Shown: positions 1 through 10,968 of the stretch, one piece after another | How positions within the stretch are numbered: position 1 is the first letter of the stretch | Layout of the letters: every line of letters starts with the position of its first letter | Source: Proteromonas lacertae | Taxonomy: Eukaryota | Assembly: GCA_002245135.1 (NCBI GenBank) | Contig: NGBS01000021.1 | Coordinates: forward strand, 1-64,000 | Length of the DNA stretch: 64,000 nt | Direction of reading: 5' to 3' | The notes under the pieces: model-generated | Told to the model about the DNA's origin: nothing | Databases searched by the model: none | The model's input: only the letters and a program-made list of their open reading frames with translations | Made by a program: the position numbers and the translations under genes

Positions 1-249
1 CAGAATCAGCTAAATCTTTATCTACATTAGCTGTAGGATTAGCTAAATTTGATAAATATCTAACTTTATTTTTTATTACTAGATAAATTTTTGTCTATTA
101 AAGATTTCAATTTTGTCTTAGATTAGATTGATATATAATTCATTTTCCTCACTATTTATTTCATCCTCATACTGTATCTTTCTCTTTTTATTATTATTTT
201 TATTATGTTGTTTATGTTTACGTGTTCTAACTTGTTTAATAACAGGCAT
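1..249 (-). pseudogene. Frameshifted/partial viral ORF, K-rich N-terminus, shares NLANP motif with the neighbouring ORF
   Basis: ATG at 249 reads MPVIKQVRTRKHKQH... and stops at 118-120. Another frame reads NKVRYLSNLANPTANVDKDLADS, resembling NNLANPIATNQRELDD in ORF 364-933. Confidence 0.35.
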
Positions 250-363
250 TAGAAAATATTTAAAAAAAGAAAATAGAAAAATAGAATAATCAAAAATAAA
301 AATATTATCAAAAGAAGAATATTATAATAAAGAATATTATAATATTTATTATATTTATTATTT

Positions 364-933
364 CTATACATCATCTGTTAACATACTATTTAATTTTTTC
401 ATAACTCTATCTTTAAAACCTTTTCTACTATCAGCTCCTGTTGGATCTAATTTAGAAACTTCTTCTCTTGCCTGAGCCAATTTCTTAGCATAGTCAAAAT
501 AATTTGGCCTATTCATGGACTGATACATCATTGAACCAAATAAATGTTGATCGTCTAACTCTCTTTGGTTAGTAGCTATAGGATTTGCTAAATTATTACC
601 TATTTTTAAATCGCTAACATATTGCTGATCTTTTATTCTATCCCTTTCTAACATTTCTTTCATAAGAGATAATTTTTTAATTTCAGAATTATTTTCATCT
701 TTTTTAGCTTCATTTATTTTACCTATTTTATGTTTTATTTGTTCTATTTGTTCATCTCTTAAATTATTTCTATTTTCTACTTCATCTTTTGCTGTTGATG
801 TTAAATAGCTTTGATATAAATTTTGATAATATCTGTTATGATCATATGTAGAATTTTTCTTCTTACCTCTAATTTTCTTTGTTATTTTCTTTTTAATTAA
901 GCGTTGTATGTTCTTTTTAAGATATTTACGCAT
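364..933 (-). CDS. Viral hypothetical protein with basic N-terminus and coiled-coil
   Basis: 189-aa ORF, K/R-rich start, co-oriented with the structural genes. Confidence 0.6.
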   Translation of the reverse strand: MRKYLKKNIQRLIKKKITKKIRGKKKNSTYDHNRYYQNLYQSYLTSTAKDEVENRNNLRDEQIEQIKHKIGKINEAKKDENNSEIKKLSLMKEMLERDRIKDQQYVSDLKIGNNLANPIATNQRELDDQHLFGSMMYQSMNRPNYFDYAKKLAQAREEVSKLDPTGADSRKGFKDRVMKKLNSMLTDDV

Positions 934-1020
934 ATTTTATTTATTTAATACAAAAGAAATAAAAATAAAAATAATAGTCAAAATAAAGATTTTAGATATA
1001 ATAAGGATCAATAGGAGTAG

Positions 1021-1668
1021 TTACAATTTCTCTTCCATTAATATCATTAGGAATAATAACATCACTTTCTTCTCTTCTTCCTTTTTTTCATCTTTAATTT
1101 TTTCTTCTTTATCATTTTTATCTTTTTTATTATTATTATTAATTTTAGATTTCATATATTTCTTTTCATATTTAGATAATTTTTCTTGTACTTCATTACA
1201 ATATGCTTGTAATTCCTTCTTTGTCATTCTAGATAAAGGAACACTATCTTCACCTTTTTTTGGTCTTCCACGACCTCTTTTACTAGGAGGTTCATCTAAT
1301 TTATTACTCTTACCTCCAGAATGACTGTGCTTAGATTTTCTAATTTCTATATCCTTAACACCTTTTCTTTTAGGTTTTTCACTATATTTTTTAGACTTTT
1401 TAGATTTGCTATTACTATTATTATTACCATTTCCAACAATATTTTTTATTTTATCTTTATATTGAACATATTCATCTGGATGTTCTGTTTTTAAATAAGT
1501 TTTAATTGTCTCATATAAGAGAGCATTGTCAGAATCATTTTTAATTTTATCGAGATCATCATCTCCTGACTCAGTACTTTCAGATGAATAACTCATTCTA
1601 TCATCCTCTTCCTCTGATTCTGAAGAATAAGATCCTTGTGATTGAGAGTCTTGTTCGCTATCACTCAT
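1021..1668 (-). CDS. Viral AT-hook DNA-binding protein with acidic N-terminus (C-terminus possibly frameshifted, true end ~992)
   Basis: KRGRGRPKK AT-hook motif and S/D/E-rich N-terminus. An alternative frame near 1065 reads SDVIIPNDINGREIVTTPIDPYYI*. Confidence 0.65.
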   Translation of the reverse strand: MSDSEQDSQSQGSYSSESEEEDDRMSYSSESTESGDDDLDKIKNDSDNALLYETIKTYLKTEHPDEYVQYKDKIKNIVGNGNNNSNSKSKKSKKYSEKPKRKGVKDIEIRKSKHSHSGGKSNKLDEPPSKRGRGRPKKGEDSVPLSRMTKKELQAYCNEVQEKLSKYEKKYMKSKINNNNKKDKNDKEEKIKDEKKEEEKKVMLLFLMILMEEKL

Positions 1669-1771
1669 AATATATTTTTTATTTTATTTATGAAAAATAA
1701 TAATAATAATAATCAAACAAATAATAATAATAGTAATATAATAATAATAAACATTATTAGCAATATTATTT

Positions 1772-2092
1772 TTATGCTCCAGGCACTTTAGTTTTCAAAT
1801 ATGCACTTAATAATGCTTGTTGGTTAGCGCCTCCATTAAAAGGCAATCTGGCACCTCCTCTTCTTCTATGTCTTCTTCTTCTTCCTAAGCCCATCATAGC
1901 TAAGCCATTGCCTACATTATTGTAGCCTAACTCTCTAGCCACTTTAGAGGCTATTTTGTGGTCTTTTGCCCAATTGAAGGCATTGCTTGCACCACTTTTG
2001 ATCTTACCCCATATTGACTTTAAAGAACCACCTCTTCTACGTCTACCTCTTCTAGCATGTCTTCTACGATGTCTTCTGCCACCTAAAACCAT
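1772..2092 (-). CDS. Arg-rich virion core-like precursor with GG cleavage-like sites and amphipathic helix
   Basis: MVLGG-RRHRRR...RRGG-SLKSIWGKIKSGASNAFNWAK...RRGG-ARLPFNGG-A. Architecture resembles adenovirus pVII/pX/pVI precursors. Confidence 0.7.
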   Translation of the reverse strand: MVLGGRRHRRRHARRGRRRRGGSLKSIWGKIKSGASNAFNWAKDHKIASKVARELGYNNVGNGLAMMGLGRRRRHRRRGGARLPFNGGANQQALLSAYLKTKVPGA

Positions 2093-2151
2093 TTTGATTA
2101 TGTTATTTTAAAAAAAGATGAAAAAAGTAAGAAATAAGTAGAATAATTATT

Positions 2152-2579
2152 TTAGAGAACTCTATCTTTATTATCTATATAACGATTATCTAAGTTTTTA
2201 GTACTATTACTTCTTCTTCTATATCTTCTTCTTCTTCTTCTTCTACCACCTGTTGAAATTCCTTCTTTTCTAAGACAAGAAGAAGGTCCACCTGATTTTA
2301 TGTGTAATAACTTATTTCCTGATTTATTGCCATATTTTTTAATTATTTCTGACCATTAGTAGCACCACCTCTTCTACTTCTTCTTCTTCTTCTCTTACGT
2401 CCATAACCTACATTACTTACTACATTACCTAGTGCTGGTCCTACACCAGGTATTAAACTAGCAGCTGTAGACAATATCTTAGTTTTCTTTAAAAAGCCTT
2501 TCACACCATCCCAAAACTTACCTTTTCCTATAACATATCTTCTGCAACATTTTCTTTTACTGCTTCTTCTTTTTACCAT
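2152..2579 (-). CDS. Second Arg-rich core-like precursor (one-base frameshift at ~2346)
   Basis: MVKRRSS...FWDGVKGFLKK...RRRSRRGGATNGQK. Adding one A continues it as IIKKYGNKSG...KSGGPSS...STGGRRRRRRRYRRRS...DRVL* to the stop at 2152. Confidence 0.65.
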
Positions 2580-2682
2580 AATAAATAAAACTATTTTAAA
2601 AATATGAAAATAAGAAATAACTTCTATTATGTTTATTATATCTATAAGCATTATATATTCAATCAATCAATAAAAGAATAAA

Positions 2683-2946
2683 ATGTCAGAAGGTCCTATT
2701 CCAGATTATCAATTTCAAAGTGGTGTTGCTCCACAAGCAGATGGTCATAATCCTGTATATATACAAACACCTCAACAACAGCAACAACAGCAGCAAAATG
2801 AACAAGAATTACAACAAATTCTTCAACAAATACCACCAGATGTTAGACAATTATTATCAACATTGAATCCAGGCACATATCGAGAAGCATTAAGAATATT
2901 AAATCAAATGGCTGACGAAGTATTAATGCAAGACATACCTTCATAA
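2683..2946 (+). CDS. Viral hypothetical Q-rich protein
   Basis: 87-aa ORF with poly-Q tract, divergent from the core-protein genes. Confidence 0.55.
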   Translation: MSEGPIPDYQFQSGVAPQADGHNPVYIQTPQQQQQQQQNEQELQQILQQIPPDVRQLLSTLNPGTYREALRILNQMADEVLMQDIPS

Positions 2947-3020
2947 ATAACCATAATATAAATATCTGTTATACTTTTAATAATAACTATTCTTTGTTTT
3001 TTCTTTTGTAATAATATAAA

Positions 3021-3560
3021 ATGAGTTCTAACAATAATAACAAAAAGTTCCAAACTACTAGGCACATATTTAACATAGTAGACGATGATTTGAGTGATAA
3101 TCCAGACCATAACTTAGAAAATATAACTGCTAAGAAAAGAAAGCATAATGCTCAACAGGATTATGAGGATATGATGGATTACTTCTATGGAGAAGCTGAA
3201 GGTTGTGGAGGTTCAGACGATGAGGATTCATACGATTCTGAAGATGATGAAAATGCATCAGATGTCGATTCAGAAGGTAACTTAATAGGTTTCATAACTA
3301 ACGATGACGATGATGATGAGTCATATGAGCCAACAGAATCTGAAGAGGAGGAGGAGGAATAAACATCTAGCGATGATGATATGCAAGATAAAAATAAAGA
3401 TGATATAATAATAATAAAAGGTAAAAGAAAAAATATAACAAATGCTTTATTAAACTCATTAGCTCCATTTAGGAAGCATTTAGTCAAAAAGGACGGTTCT
3501 AAAGCCGGTTCCGAAAACCGAGAAAGCGACTTAGTTGAAAATCTCTCAGATTCTGAGTAA
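3021..3560 (+). CDS. Viral acidic protein; in-frame TAA at 3360-3362, frame continues to 3560
   Basis: D/E-rich with DVDSEGNLIGFITNDD. After the TAA the same frame reads TSSDDDMQDK...VENLSDSE*. Confidence 0.55.
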
Positions 3561-3604
3561 TATTTTTATTAAATTTTTTTTGCTATTTTTTTTTTGTTAT
3601 TATT

Positions 3605-4225
3605 ATGTCAACAAAAAGTATATGGGAGCCTATGCAAAGTGATACTAACAACCAGGCTGTATATAAAATACCTTCTGTAGCTAACGCGCCAAATGCAGAA
3701 TCTAATAAATCTAATGAGTCTATAAGAAATGAAGTACCTGCATTAAATTTATCTGAAGCAGAAAGAATTAACCAGGAGGCAGAAGATATATTAAAGAAGC
3801 TAAGTCAAAGTAGATCAGTAAATGAATTACCTATAGGTGGTTGTAATGAGATTACTGGTCATGTAAACATAGCATCACCTCAGCAAATAGAAAATATACT
3901 ACTTATGTGGAAACTTGTACTTTTAGAGAATCCAAGTGAATGTAATATATTCAATCTATGTAATAGTCAAAAGATTAATTTCTGTGTAAGACATATAGAT
4001 CCTATTATTAGATTATGTGAAAATGCAAGTACTCCATATGGTATTATTATAAGAAGTTTAAATCAAACAGTGAAAGCATTATTTGAAATATCTTCAGAAA
4101 ATAGAAGTAATTTTATATGTGTATGTAAAACAGAGAGAGAATGGGATCTTTATGATAAGTTATGTTATCATATATTTAATACAATAAGCACAATTCAAAA
4201 TACAGAAATAGTTGCTTATTTTTAA
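3605..4225 (+). CDS. Viral hypothetical protein
   Basis: 206-aa intronless ORF with ordinary composition. Confidence 0.6.
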   Translation: MSTKSIWEPMQSDTNNQAVYKIPSVANAPNAESNKSNESIRNEVPALNLSEAERINQEAEDILKKLSQSRSVNELPIGGCNEITGHVNIASPQQIENILLMWKLVLLENPSECNIFNLCNSQKINFCVRHIDPIIRLCENASTPYGIIIRSLNQTVKALFEISSENRSNFICVCKTEREWDLYDKLCYHIFNTISTIQNTEIVAYF

Positions 4226-4375
4226 ATTTACAATTAATTAATATTAATTATAATTATTTCATTTTATATTTGAAATTTTGAAACGACTAAATAACTAAAA
4301 GCCTCACATGATCTTTATTTTGAATTTCTATTGGACCACTTGTAATTAGTAATTCATTGGTTGAGAATATCTTTT

Positions 4376-5119
4376 ATGTCTGTCACCTATCAAATAGATA
4401 AAGAGAATGTTTATGTAAGCTTACCACAAGTTAATATAGCTTACTTAACATTCCAAGGTAAATATAAACAAGTAGAAGCAAAAACTAATTATCATTTGTT
4501 ATCCTTTAATAGAATTAAGGTGCAGACATATAATAATGTAGCTATAAGAAATTTACAGAAGGAAGTGGTCCAACCATTAAACAAATTATATATTGGGATT
4601 ATTAATCAGATGTATTCCGAATTCAAGAACGATCCAGATTTATTGGAGTTGATTATGAAGTGGGGAAATAAGCTTTATTTCAAGTTCCCTAAAGAAAACA
4701 TGGAATCTCCTAAAGTTAATGTTTGGAGTTGGGATTCAAAAGGTTATAATATTATGGAAGGTAGACTTCATTGGTGTGAATTTGATGTAAGAATCAGACA
4801 ATTTTCTGTGATTCAATCTAAAGATGGTGTAGGCAACTTTTATATTTATCCTAAATTTGAGTTGGATTCTAGTATTGTAGATTTAACACCATCTACTAAA
4901 CTTATAGAAGATGTTAGTAATGTAGAATCAGAATCTGGAATTGTAGCACCTAATAATTCTGCTATTAATGATGATGATGATTTAGAGAATGCAGATACAG
5001 AACCAACAACACCTAATTTGAATTTAAGTGTTAAAAGAGAAACATATGGTTCTGCTAATGATTTTAATAATAATAATAATAGACAGAATAATGTTAACAA
5101 GAAGTATAAAAAGAATTAG
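4376..5119 (+). CDS. Viral hypothetical protein (beta-rich core, acidic low-complexity tail)
   Basis: ORF 4361-5119, first ATG at 4376. Confidence 0.6.
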   Translation: MSVTYQIDKENVYVSLPQVNIAYLTFQGKYKQVEAKTNYHLLSFNRIKVQTYNNVAIRNLQKEVVQPLNKLYIGIINQMYSEFKNDPDLLELIMKWGNKLYFKFPKENMESPKVNVWSWDSKGYNIMEGRLHWCEFDVRIRQFSVIQSKDGVGNFYIYPKFELDSSIVDLTPSTKLIEDVSNVESESGIVAPNNSAINDDDDLENADTEPTTPNLNLSVKRETYGSANDFNNNNNRQNNVNKKYKKN

Positions 5120-5127
5120 TTTAATTA

Positions 5128-5177
5128 ATACTAATTATTAGTAATTACTAATTACTAATTACTAATTACTACTACTA
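5128..5177. repeat. Short TAATTAC/TAC tandem repeat between convergent viral genes
   Basis: gtaattactaattactaattactaattactactact lies between the stops at 5119 (+) and 5178 (-). Confidence 0.6.
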
Positions 5178-5885
5178 TTAAAATGTTTCACCTTTATAAT
5201 ATCTGTTAGTATAAATATAACAAGTTTGAATAGGAATTTCAAAAATTCCTTCTTCTATATTCATATATTCAATACTAAAATGTATATTAGTATGAGCAAT
5301 TTGTTCGTTTAAATATAAAGATCGTAAAATATTAGATCCTCTATCATTTACTATAATTTCTAAACCCATACCTCCACCTACATCTATTAAATCAAGATAT
5401 TCATTTAAACTATTTTTATATGATTCATTTGGTATATTCCAATCATCTAATCTTTTGATTTCAAATTTACCATAATTACTAACATCTTGATAGAAAATAA
5501 TAGGTTGTTTGATCTTAAAAAGTATATAATTAGGATAAAAATCTAAATGAATTATGTGAGAACTTGAATATGTCTTACCAAAGTTCCAAACAGTAAAAGA
5601 GAATGAAACCATTTGTCTTCCACATAATGTTGGATATCCAATAGGAGTTAATCCTTGAGCTATATAACGTTGAATTTGTATCACATGTTTAGTTGTTGCT
5701 AATCCAATAATATCATCTTTCTTTACAACATCTTTAACATCTTCTTTAGATGCTAATACTGTAACATCTGGCATTTTAGTATTTTGTTCTTCAATCATAT
5801 TTTCAATCTTAGTTAATTCCTTACTCACTGCTCCTATATCTCCACTACTAGATACAGCTATTTTTTTTGCTACATGTCCAAACAT
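5178..5885 (-). CDS. Putative fibre/spike-like virion protein
   Basis: Likely start MFGHVAKK at 5885. Short coiled-coil, LASKEDV/VVKKDDI/LATTKHV shaft-like repeats, then a beta-rich C-terminal domain. Lies directly downstream of the ATPase. Confidence 0.45.
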   Translation of the reverse strand: MFGHVAKKIAVSSSGDIGAVSKELTKIENMIEEQNTKMPDVTVLASKEDVKDVVKKDDIIGLATTKHVIQIQRYIAQGLTPIGYPTLCGRQMVSFSFTVWNFGKTYSSSHIIHLDFYPNYILFKIKQPIIFYQDVSNYGKFEIKRLDDWNIPNESYKNSLNEYLDLIDVGGGMGLEIIVNDRGSNILRSLYLNEQIAHTNIHFSIEYMNIEEGIFEIPIQTCYIYTNRYYKGETF

Positions 5886-5970
5886 ATTTATGTTATATTG
5901 GCAATAAGAAAAAATAAATAAAAATAAAATAAAAATAATAAAAAACATTATTATTAAATAATAACATATA

Positions 5971-6777
5971 TTATTCACTATCAGAATTATTAGAAATATC
6001 AGTATCAATATCACTATCGCTTATATCACTATTAATATTATTAAACTTTAAATCAAAATTTATTCTAAATTCATGCGTTACGTTGTCTATGTATAAGAAA
6101 GAATGGTTATTATAAGTAGTAGCTGTTTTATAAAGATCTTTGAACTTATTAAAATCTATCCATATATTTAAACTATGATATAAGTTCTTTAAATTAGCTT
6201 GGGAAAGATTCTTAAAAACTAAGCAATAGTCAAGTTGTAACCTAGAACTAGGTGTTATATCAGTTATATATTGACTTGAAATAATTACTTTACTTTTATA
6301 ATGTCTATTAGACTTTAATAACTTTGAAATAGATCTATTGCATAAGTCATAAGATATATCATCAAAAATAAATATATTTTCAGGATAGTCAAAATTCTTT
6401 TTATCTACTTCTTTTATATTTTCTAATGCAGCATCTAAAACGTTTATTCTTTCATCATCTACTATACTATCATAACAGTGATACTCTATTTCATTATATT
6501 TCAACATATCTGTTATTTTTTCATAAATTATATCTTTTGTTATTGTGCCAACAAAGAAATAAACTACTTGATCACTTTTGGATAATAACAGGTGTTGAAT
6601 CATATTAAAAATTAAAGTTGTTTTACCAGAATTTTTCTTAGCTAATACAAAAATATTGCAGAAAGGTTTTGAAAAGTAATCATAACCAACAACAGATTTT
6701 TTACCCTTTTTCTTTTTTATTTTTTCAACAGACTCTACAGGGTTTATTGTAATATCGTTTATTTTTTCAAGTTGCAT
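5971..6777 (-). CDS. A32-like (FtsK/HerA superfamily) genome packaging ATPase
   Basis: Walker A AKKNSGKT, Walker B IFIFDD, SNRHY Arg motif and IISSQ motif, typical of Polinton/virophage/NCLDV packaging ATPases. Confidence 0.9.
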   Translation of the reverse strand: MQLEKINDITINPVESVEKIKKKKGKKSVVGYDYFSKPFCNIFVLAKKNSGKTTLIFNMIQHLLLSKSDQVVYFFVGTITKDIIYEKITDMLKYNEIEYHCYDSIVDDERINVLDAALENIKEVDKKNFDYPENIFIFDDISYDLCNRSISKLLKSNRHYKSKVIISSQYITDITPSSRLQLDYCLVFKNLSQANLKNLYHSLNIWIDFNKFKDLYKTATTYNNHSFLYIDNVTHEFRINFDLKFNNINSDISDSDIDTDISNNSDSE

Positions 6778-6864
6778 TTATTTAATATAAGAAATATTAA
6801 AAACAAAAAGAATAATAGAAATAGTCGATATAAGTAATATAAGAAGAATAAAGAGAATAGTTAT

Positions 6865-8291
6865 TTAAACAACACTAACAGTACCACTTCCATTAATAGT
6901 ACATAATCTACCTGTAATAATATAAAATTTATGACATATTCTATGTGCTGTAAATGCTGGATCTCCAGGACAACTAATTTCAAAAGTAATTTTTAAATCA
7001 GCAGCTAAAGGTCTACCTGCTTGATTTTTAATATTATCTAAATCTCTTGAACCAAAGTTTAAAATTTCAAAAATTTCTCATTGAAACTTTTATCTTGTCT
7101 GAAAACATCATACCAAGAATCTTTAAAATAATCTTGTACCATCATATAACTATCATAATATTGCATTAAAGCATAATCTGGTTGATGAACAAAGTCGTTT
7201 ATCATCCATCTAAATTGTGCATTTTCTGGTATACGTAACCATTTACTTTCGTCTTCATCCCAGGGTCTATAAATAATAAATCTTAAAAATGGTCCATTAG
7301 AACTATTCAATGTAAAACTATAATTGAATATTCCATTAGGAGAACTATAAGAAACTTGATGACATCTAAAATCATTGAATTGTATTGGTTTAGATAAACA
7401 ATAGTTTTTAGTATTGTTATTGCATTGACTATCTTTATTATAATATGCATAAAATCTCATATTTTCTATTTTTATGTTATTCTCAACAACTTCTGCTGTA
7501 CTAAAAGTACATGTATTATCTAAAGTATTGTCAGCTGTTTTATAAGCACCTTTAAGAGCATAAGATTTAAATGGACCAAATTTATCAATAGTTTGGAATT
7601 TAATACATATATACATACGTTCTGCAAAGAATACATCACTTTTCATTGCTGCAAATGTATTATAAAATCTTCCTAAAGGTATTTTAACATGTAATCTAAA
7701 TTCTGGCTCATTATCATATGTATAATGATCACCGTCAGAATTTGATATTTTATTATTATTATTCCATGGTATTTGAAACTCAGCTTCATCTTGAACAACT
7801 TTATCTTTTACATTATCATTCCATTTTAACTGTATGCCATCATAATAATTTGCTTGATAGTATTGATCTGGTCTTTTACGAACAATTTCATCCATAAATA
7901 TTCTAAAAGGTTCATAACTATCATCTAATCTTACTAAATCTGTACCTGTCTGGTTACAGATACGGAATGAAGCAATACCAAAACCTTCTTTTAATCCTTT
8001 AATAAAATTAGGATAACTATCTTTATCACTAGTTTTATCACCTGTCCATCCTTTTACAGTTTTTTTAATTTGTGTAGTTCTAACAACAAGATCATACTGA
8101 ATGTAAGACTTAGACAAGTAAATAATGTTATCTCCGCTTAATTCAAACTTTATTTCTTGAGTATATGTATCCCCATTTATAGTCCAATCACTTGCTGAGC
8201 CAACTGGACTTAATTTTACATACTGATAAAAAGGAAGCATAACAGGTGTCTCTACACCATGTTTTTGTTCTTTAGGAATAGATAAAGACAT
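6865..8291 (-). CDS. Major capsid protein candidate (Polinton-type), frameshift at ~7070
   Basis: N-terminal LSP...EIKFEL...IIYLSKSYIQYDLVV pattern. A shifted frame supplies the C-terminus FEILNFGSRD...LKITFEI...LCTINGSGTVSVV* (stop 6865). About 475 aa, located between penton and ATPase. Confidence 0.75.
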
Positions 8292-8327
8292 ATTAAGCAA
8301 AGAAATAATAGATTAAAAAGAAATTAA

Positions 8328-9105
8328 TTAAGTTCTTTTAAAAACAACAATACTCATACAAAACTCTATATTATCTAAATTCAACTCATAACCATTTTGC
8401 TGTGTAATCTGCAAAATGATCTGACCATTACTATAAGTATTATTAAACTTTTTACTAGTATTAAAAATATCATAATTCTGATAAGTGATAAAACTTGATT
8501 CAGGATTTGTTATTGGAATACTATCTAAAACATGACTATCTTGATCTATATTTACTATATCCATTCTAATAGTAATGGAAGTAACCCATATTAAAGTAGG
8601 TCTGAAAGGTAATTGAACTAATGGTAATTGTCTTTCAATATATCTTTCTTTGTTATCTTAATCATACCTGGTTCAAATTTAATATTACCTTCTGGATTAT
8701 AACAATCAAAATAACCTTTCTTTGATATACCAAAATATTTATATGCTAAATCCTTAGTAACTATTTTAATAGTTTTAATCCAACATATTGGATAACTATA
8801 TTTACCACTACTTCTAACAGGATCATATAAGACTGTTGTTTTACCAACTATTTGTAAGTGATTAGTTTGAAAATCATCTTTATCATCTATTTCAAATACA
8901 TCACCTATAAACATTTGCATATTCTTATCATCCTCTGATAATACTTCTTCATTATAAGGCATAAAATCTTTTAATGTAATATCTTTGAATAATCTTCATC
9001 GAATGCAGGTAAATGCAAAACTTTTTTATACTTAGTAGAAAACTGATTAGCAGAAGATACCATATCAGAATTAAGGTAATAAGTACGATGTTCATAAGGA
9101 ATCAT
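8328..9105 (-). CDS. Minor capsid (penton) protein candidate split by frameshifts at ~8985 and ~8630
   Basis: Three consecutive ORF pieces: RTYYLNSD N-terminus, LAYKYFGI middle, and SHVLDSIPI...FITYQN...IILQITQQNGYELNLDN C-terminus, resembling Polinton-like-virus pentons. Confidence 0.65.
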
Positions 9106-9213
9106 TTGTTTTTTTATGAGTGTGTAACCGAAATTGAAGAAATAAGCATAATAAGCATTATTAATATTATAAGCATTTTTGCACAATTTAATATTTTTAA
9201 TTTCTGTTTATAC

Positions 9214-9853
9214 AATGAGCGTAGAAAATTCTAAGCAATCTAAAAAGGTTAATCTATGTTTGAATAACTTAGATAAGCATATAATAATGCGATGTTTCAG
9301 AAATGATGGTAAAATTAGATCTCCCACAAGAACTAAACTTTATAATTACATCTCTGGTATGAAGTCTGAACTCACATACAACGAAATTAGATATATACTA
9401 CAGTACATTGATCCAGAGTATCAATGCGATGTAGAAGAAAGGCTTAAAAAAGGCTTATGGTTTAGAGACTTAAGTAAAGAATTCGCAATAGATGAGAACA
9501 ATTTACCTCCATTCTCATCATCATCATTCATTAGAAGTTTTAATAACAAAGAGAAGAGGACTATGGGTCAAAAAAGGATTATAGAAAACCAACAAAACAT
9601 TCAACAACAATTAAAGAAGATAATTAATCTAAATGAACAAGTCAAGAAGATAATCCCATCTGAGACACTTATTAAAAACACATCAAAAGTAATAAATAGT
9701 AATTATAATACACTTTATTCTCTAAATAATAGAGAAAGTAATAGTAATAGCAATCTATCTCTTGATAGCATTAATGATATCGCACGTGATGAATGTTATA
9801 TGAGTTACAACAATCTATTTAATGATAGTTTGAATAATGGTTATATGTATTAA
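9214..9853 (+). CDS. Viral hypothetical protein
   Basis: ORF 9179-9853, first ATG at 9214, divergent from the capsid module. Confidence 0.55.
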
Positions 9854-9937
9854 TATGTCTTTTATAGTTTTATTTTGTTTTTTTGTTCAATTTTTAAATT
9901 AAATTGTTCAATTAGCTTTTAAAAAACTCTGTTTTGA

Positions 9938-10258
9938 ATGGAAAACGATTATTTTAACATATTTCTAAGCGTCTTAGTCTTTATTCTCTATATTATAGCT
10001 ATGGCATTGTGGAAATATATGAAATCTCACAATTGCTTACCTAATTCACAAGAGCTGTCAGATATGAGAGTCAATATGAATGAGATTATAGAGAGAGGTC
10101 TTGCTCATGAAGAAACTATCAACAATTTAAAAAGTCAGATTGAAATTAATGACATTTTGAAAAGCAAATCAAATATAAACTCAAAGATAGGTAGATATTG
10201 TTGTTCCCCGTATGGCGGAACTCTATATTGCAGAATGATTCAATCAAAACTAATATGA
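9938..10258 (+). CDS. Small membrane protein (N-terminal TM helix, coiled-coil); 3' end runs into the palindrome arm
   Basis: IFLSVLVFILYIIAMALW hydrophobic stretch. Confidence 0.5.
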   Translation: MENDYFNIFLSVLVFILYIIAMALWKYMKSHNCLPNSQELSDMRVNMNEIIERGLAHEETINNLKSQIEINDILKSKSNINSKIGRYCCSPYGGTLYCRMIQSKLI

Positions 10259-10803
10259 TATTCATGATGTTCGGAGTTAGTTATTAACAAATATATAGTT
10301 AGTTTGTCATATGACCTACATCTGTGATATACTTATTTATGAACTTCATTATTATCAATATTAAACTAATTTTTGTATATTTTCTATTTTAATGTATCAG
10401 TCACTACTACAGTCTAAAATACATTATTTGATATGAATAGAATTCACTATTTTTAATATTAAGGCGGTTAAAAAAGAAAAAAGAAAAAATAAGTTCAAGC
10501 CTCACTCAAGCCTGCTCTTTAATTTCCTTTTTTATTACCTTAACATTAAAAATAATGTATTCTATTTATATCAGATAATGTATTTTAGACTGTAGTAGTG
10601 ACTGATACATTAAAATAGAAAATATACAAAAATTAGTTTAATATTGATAATAATGAAGTTCATAAATAAGTATATCACAGATGTAGGTCATATGACAAAC
10701 TAACTATATATTTGTTAATAACTAACTCCGAACATCATGAATATCATATTAGTTTTGATTGAATCATTCTGCAATATAGAGTTCCGCCATACGGGGAACA
10801 ACA
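10199..10803. repeat. 605-bp palindrome: ~229-bp perfect arms, ~50-bp imperfect inner stem, ~45-bp loop
   Basis: tgttgttccccgtatggcggaactc... (10199) is the reverse complement of ...gagttccgccatacggggaacaaca (10803). First mismatch at 10428. Confidence 0.97.
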
Positions 10804-10968
10804 GATATAAACAAACTATTAAAATATATGTTATTAATTTGTTGTTAAATTGTTTATATATTGTTATTTAAAGTTTTTAAAAATTTGGGTTATTAAAAAT
10901 AAACAAAAATAAATTAACCCATTTTACGTTTCATATTTTCTTAATTATTATTTTTTAAGTTAATATCT

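Noticed and set aside
908..1324. 138-aa hydrophobic plus-strand ORF and similar antisense ORFs (3185-3487, 12675-13250, 36717-37100, 41933-42286, many within 48-59 kb)
   Set aside because: Shadow frames opposite real genes; composition simply mirrors the sense codons.
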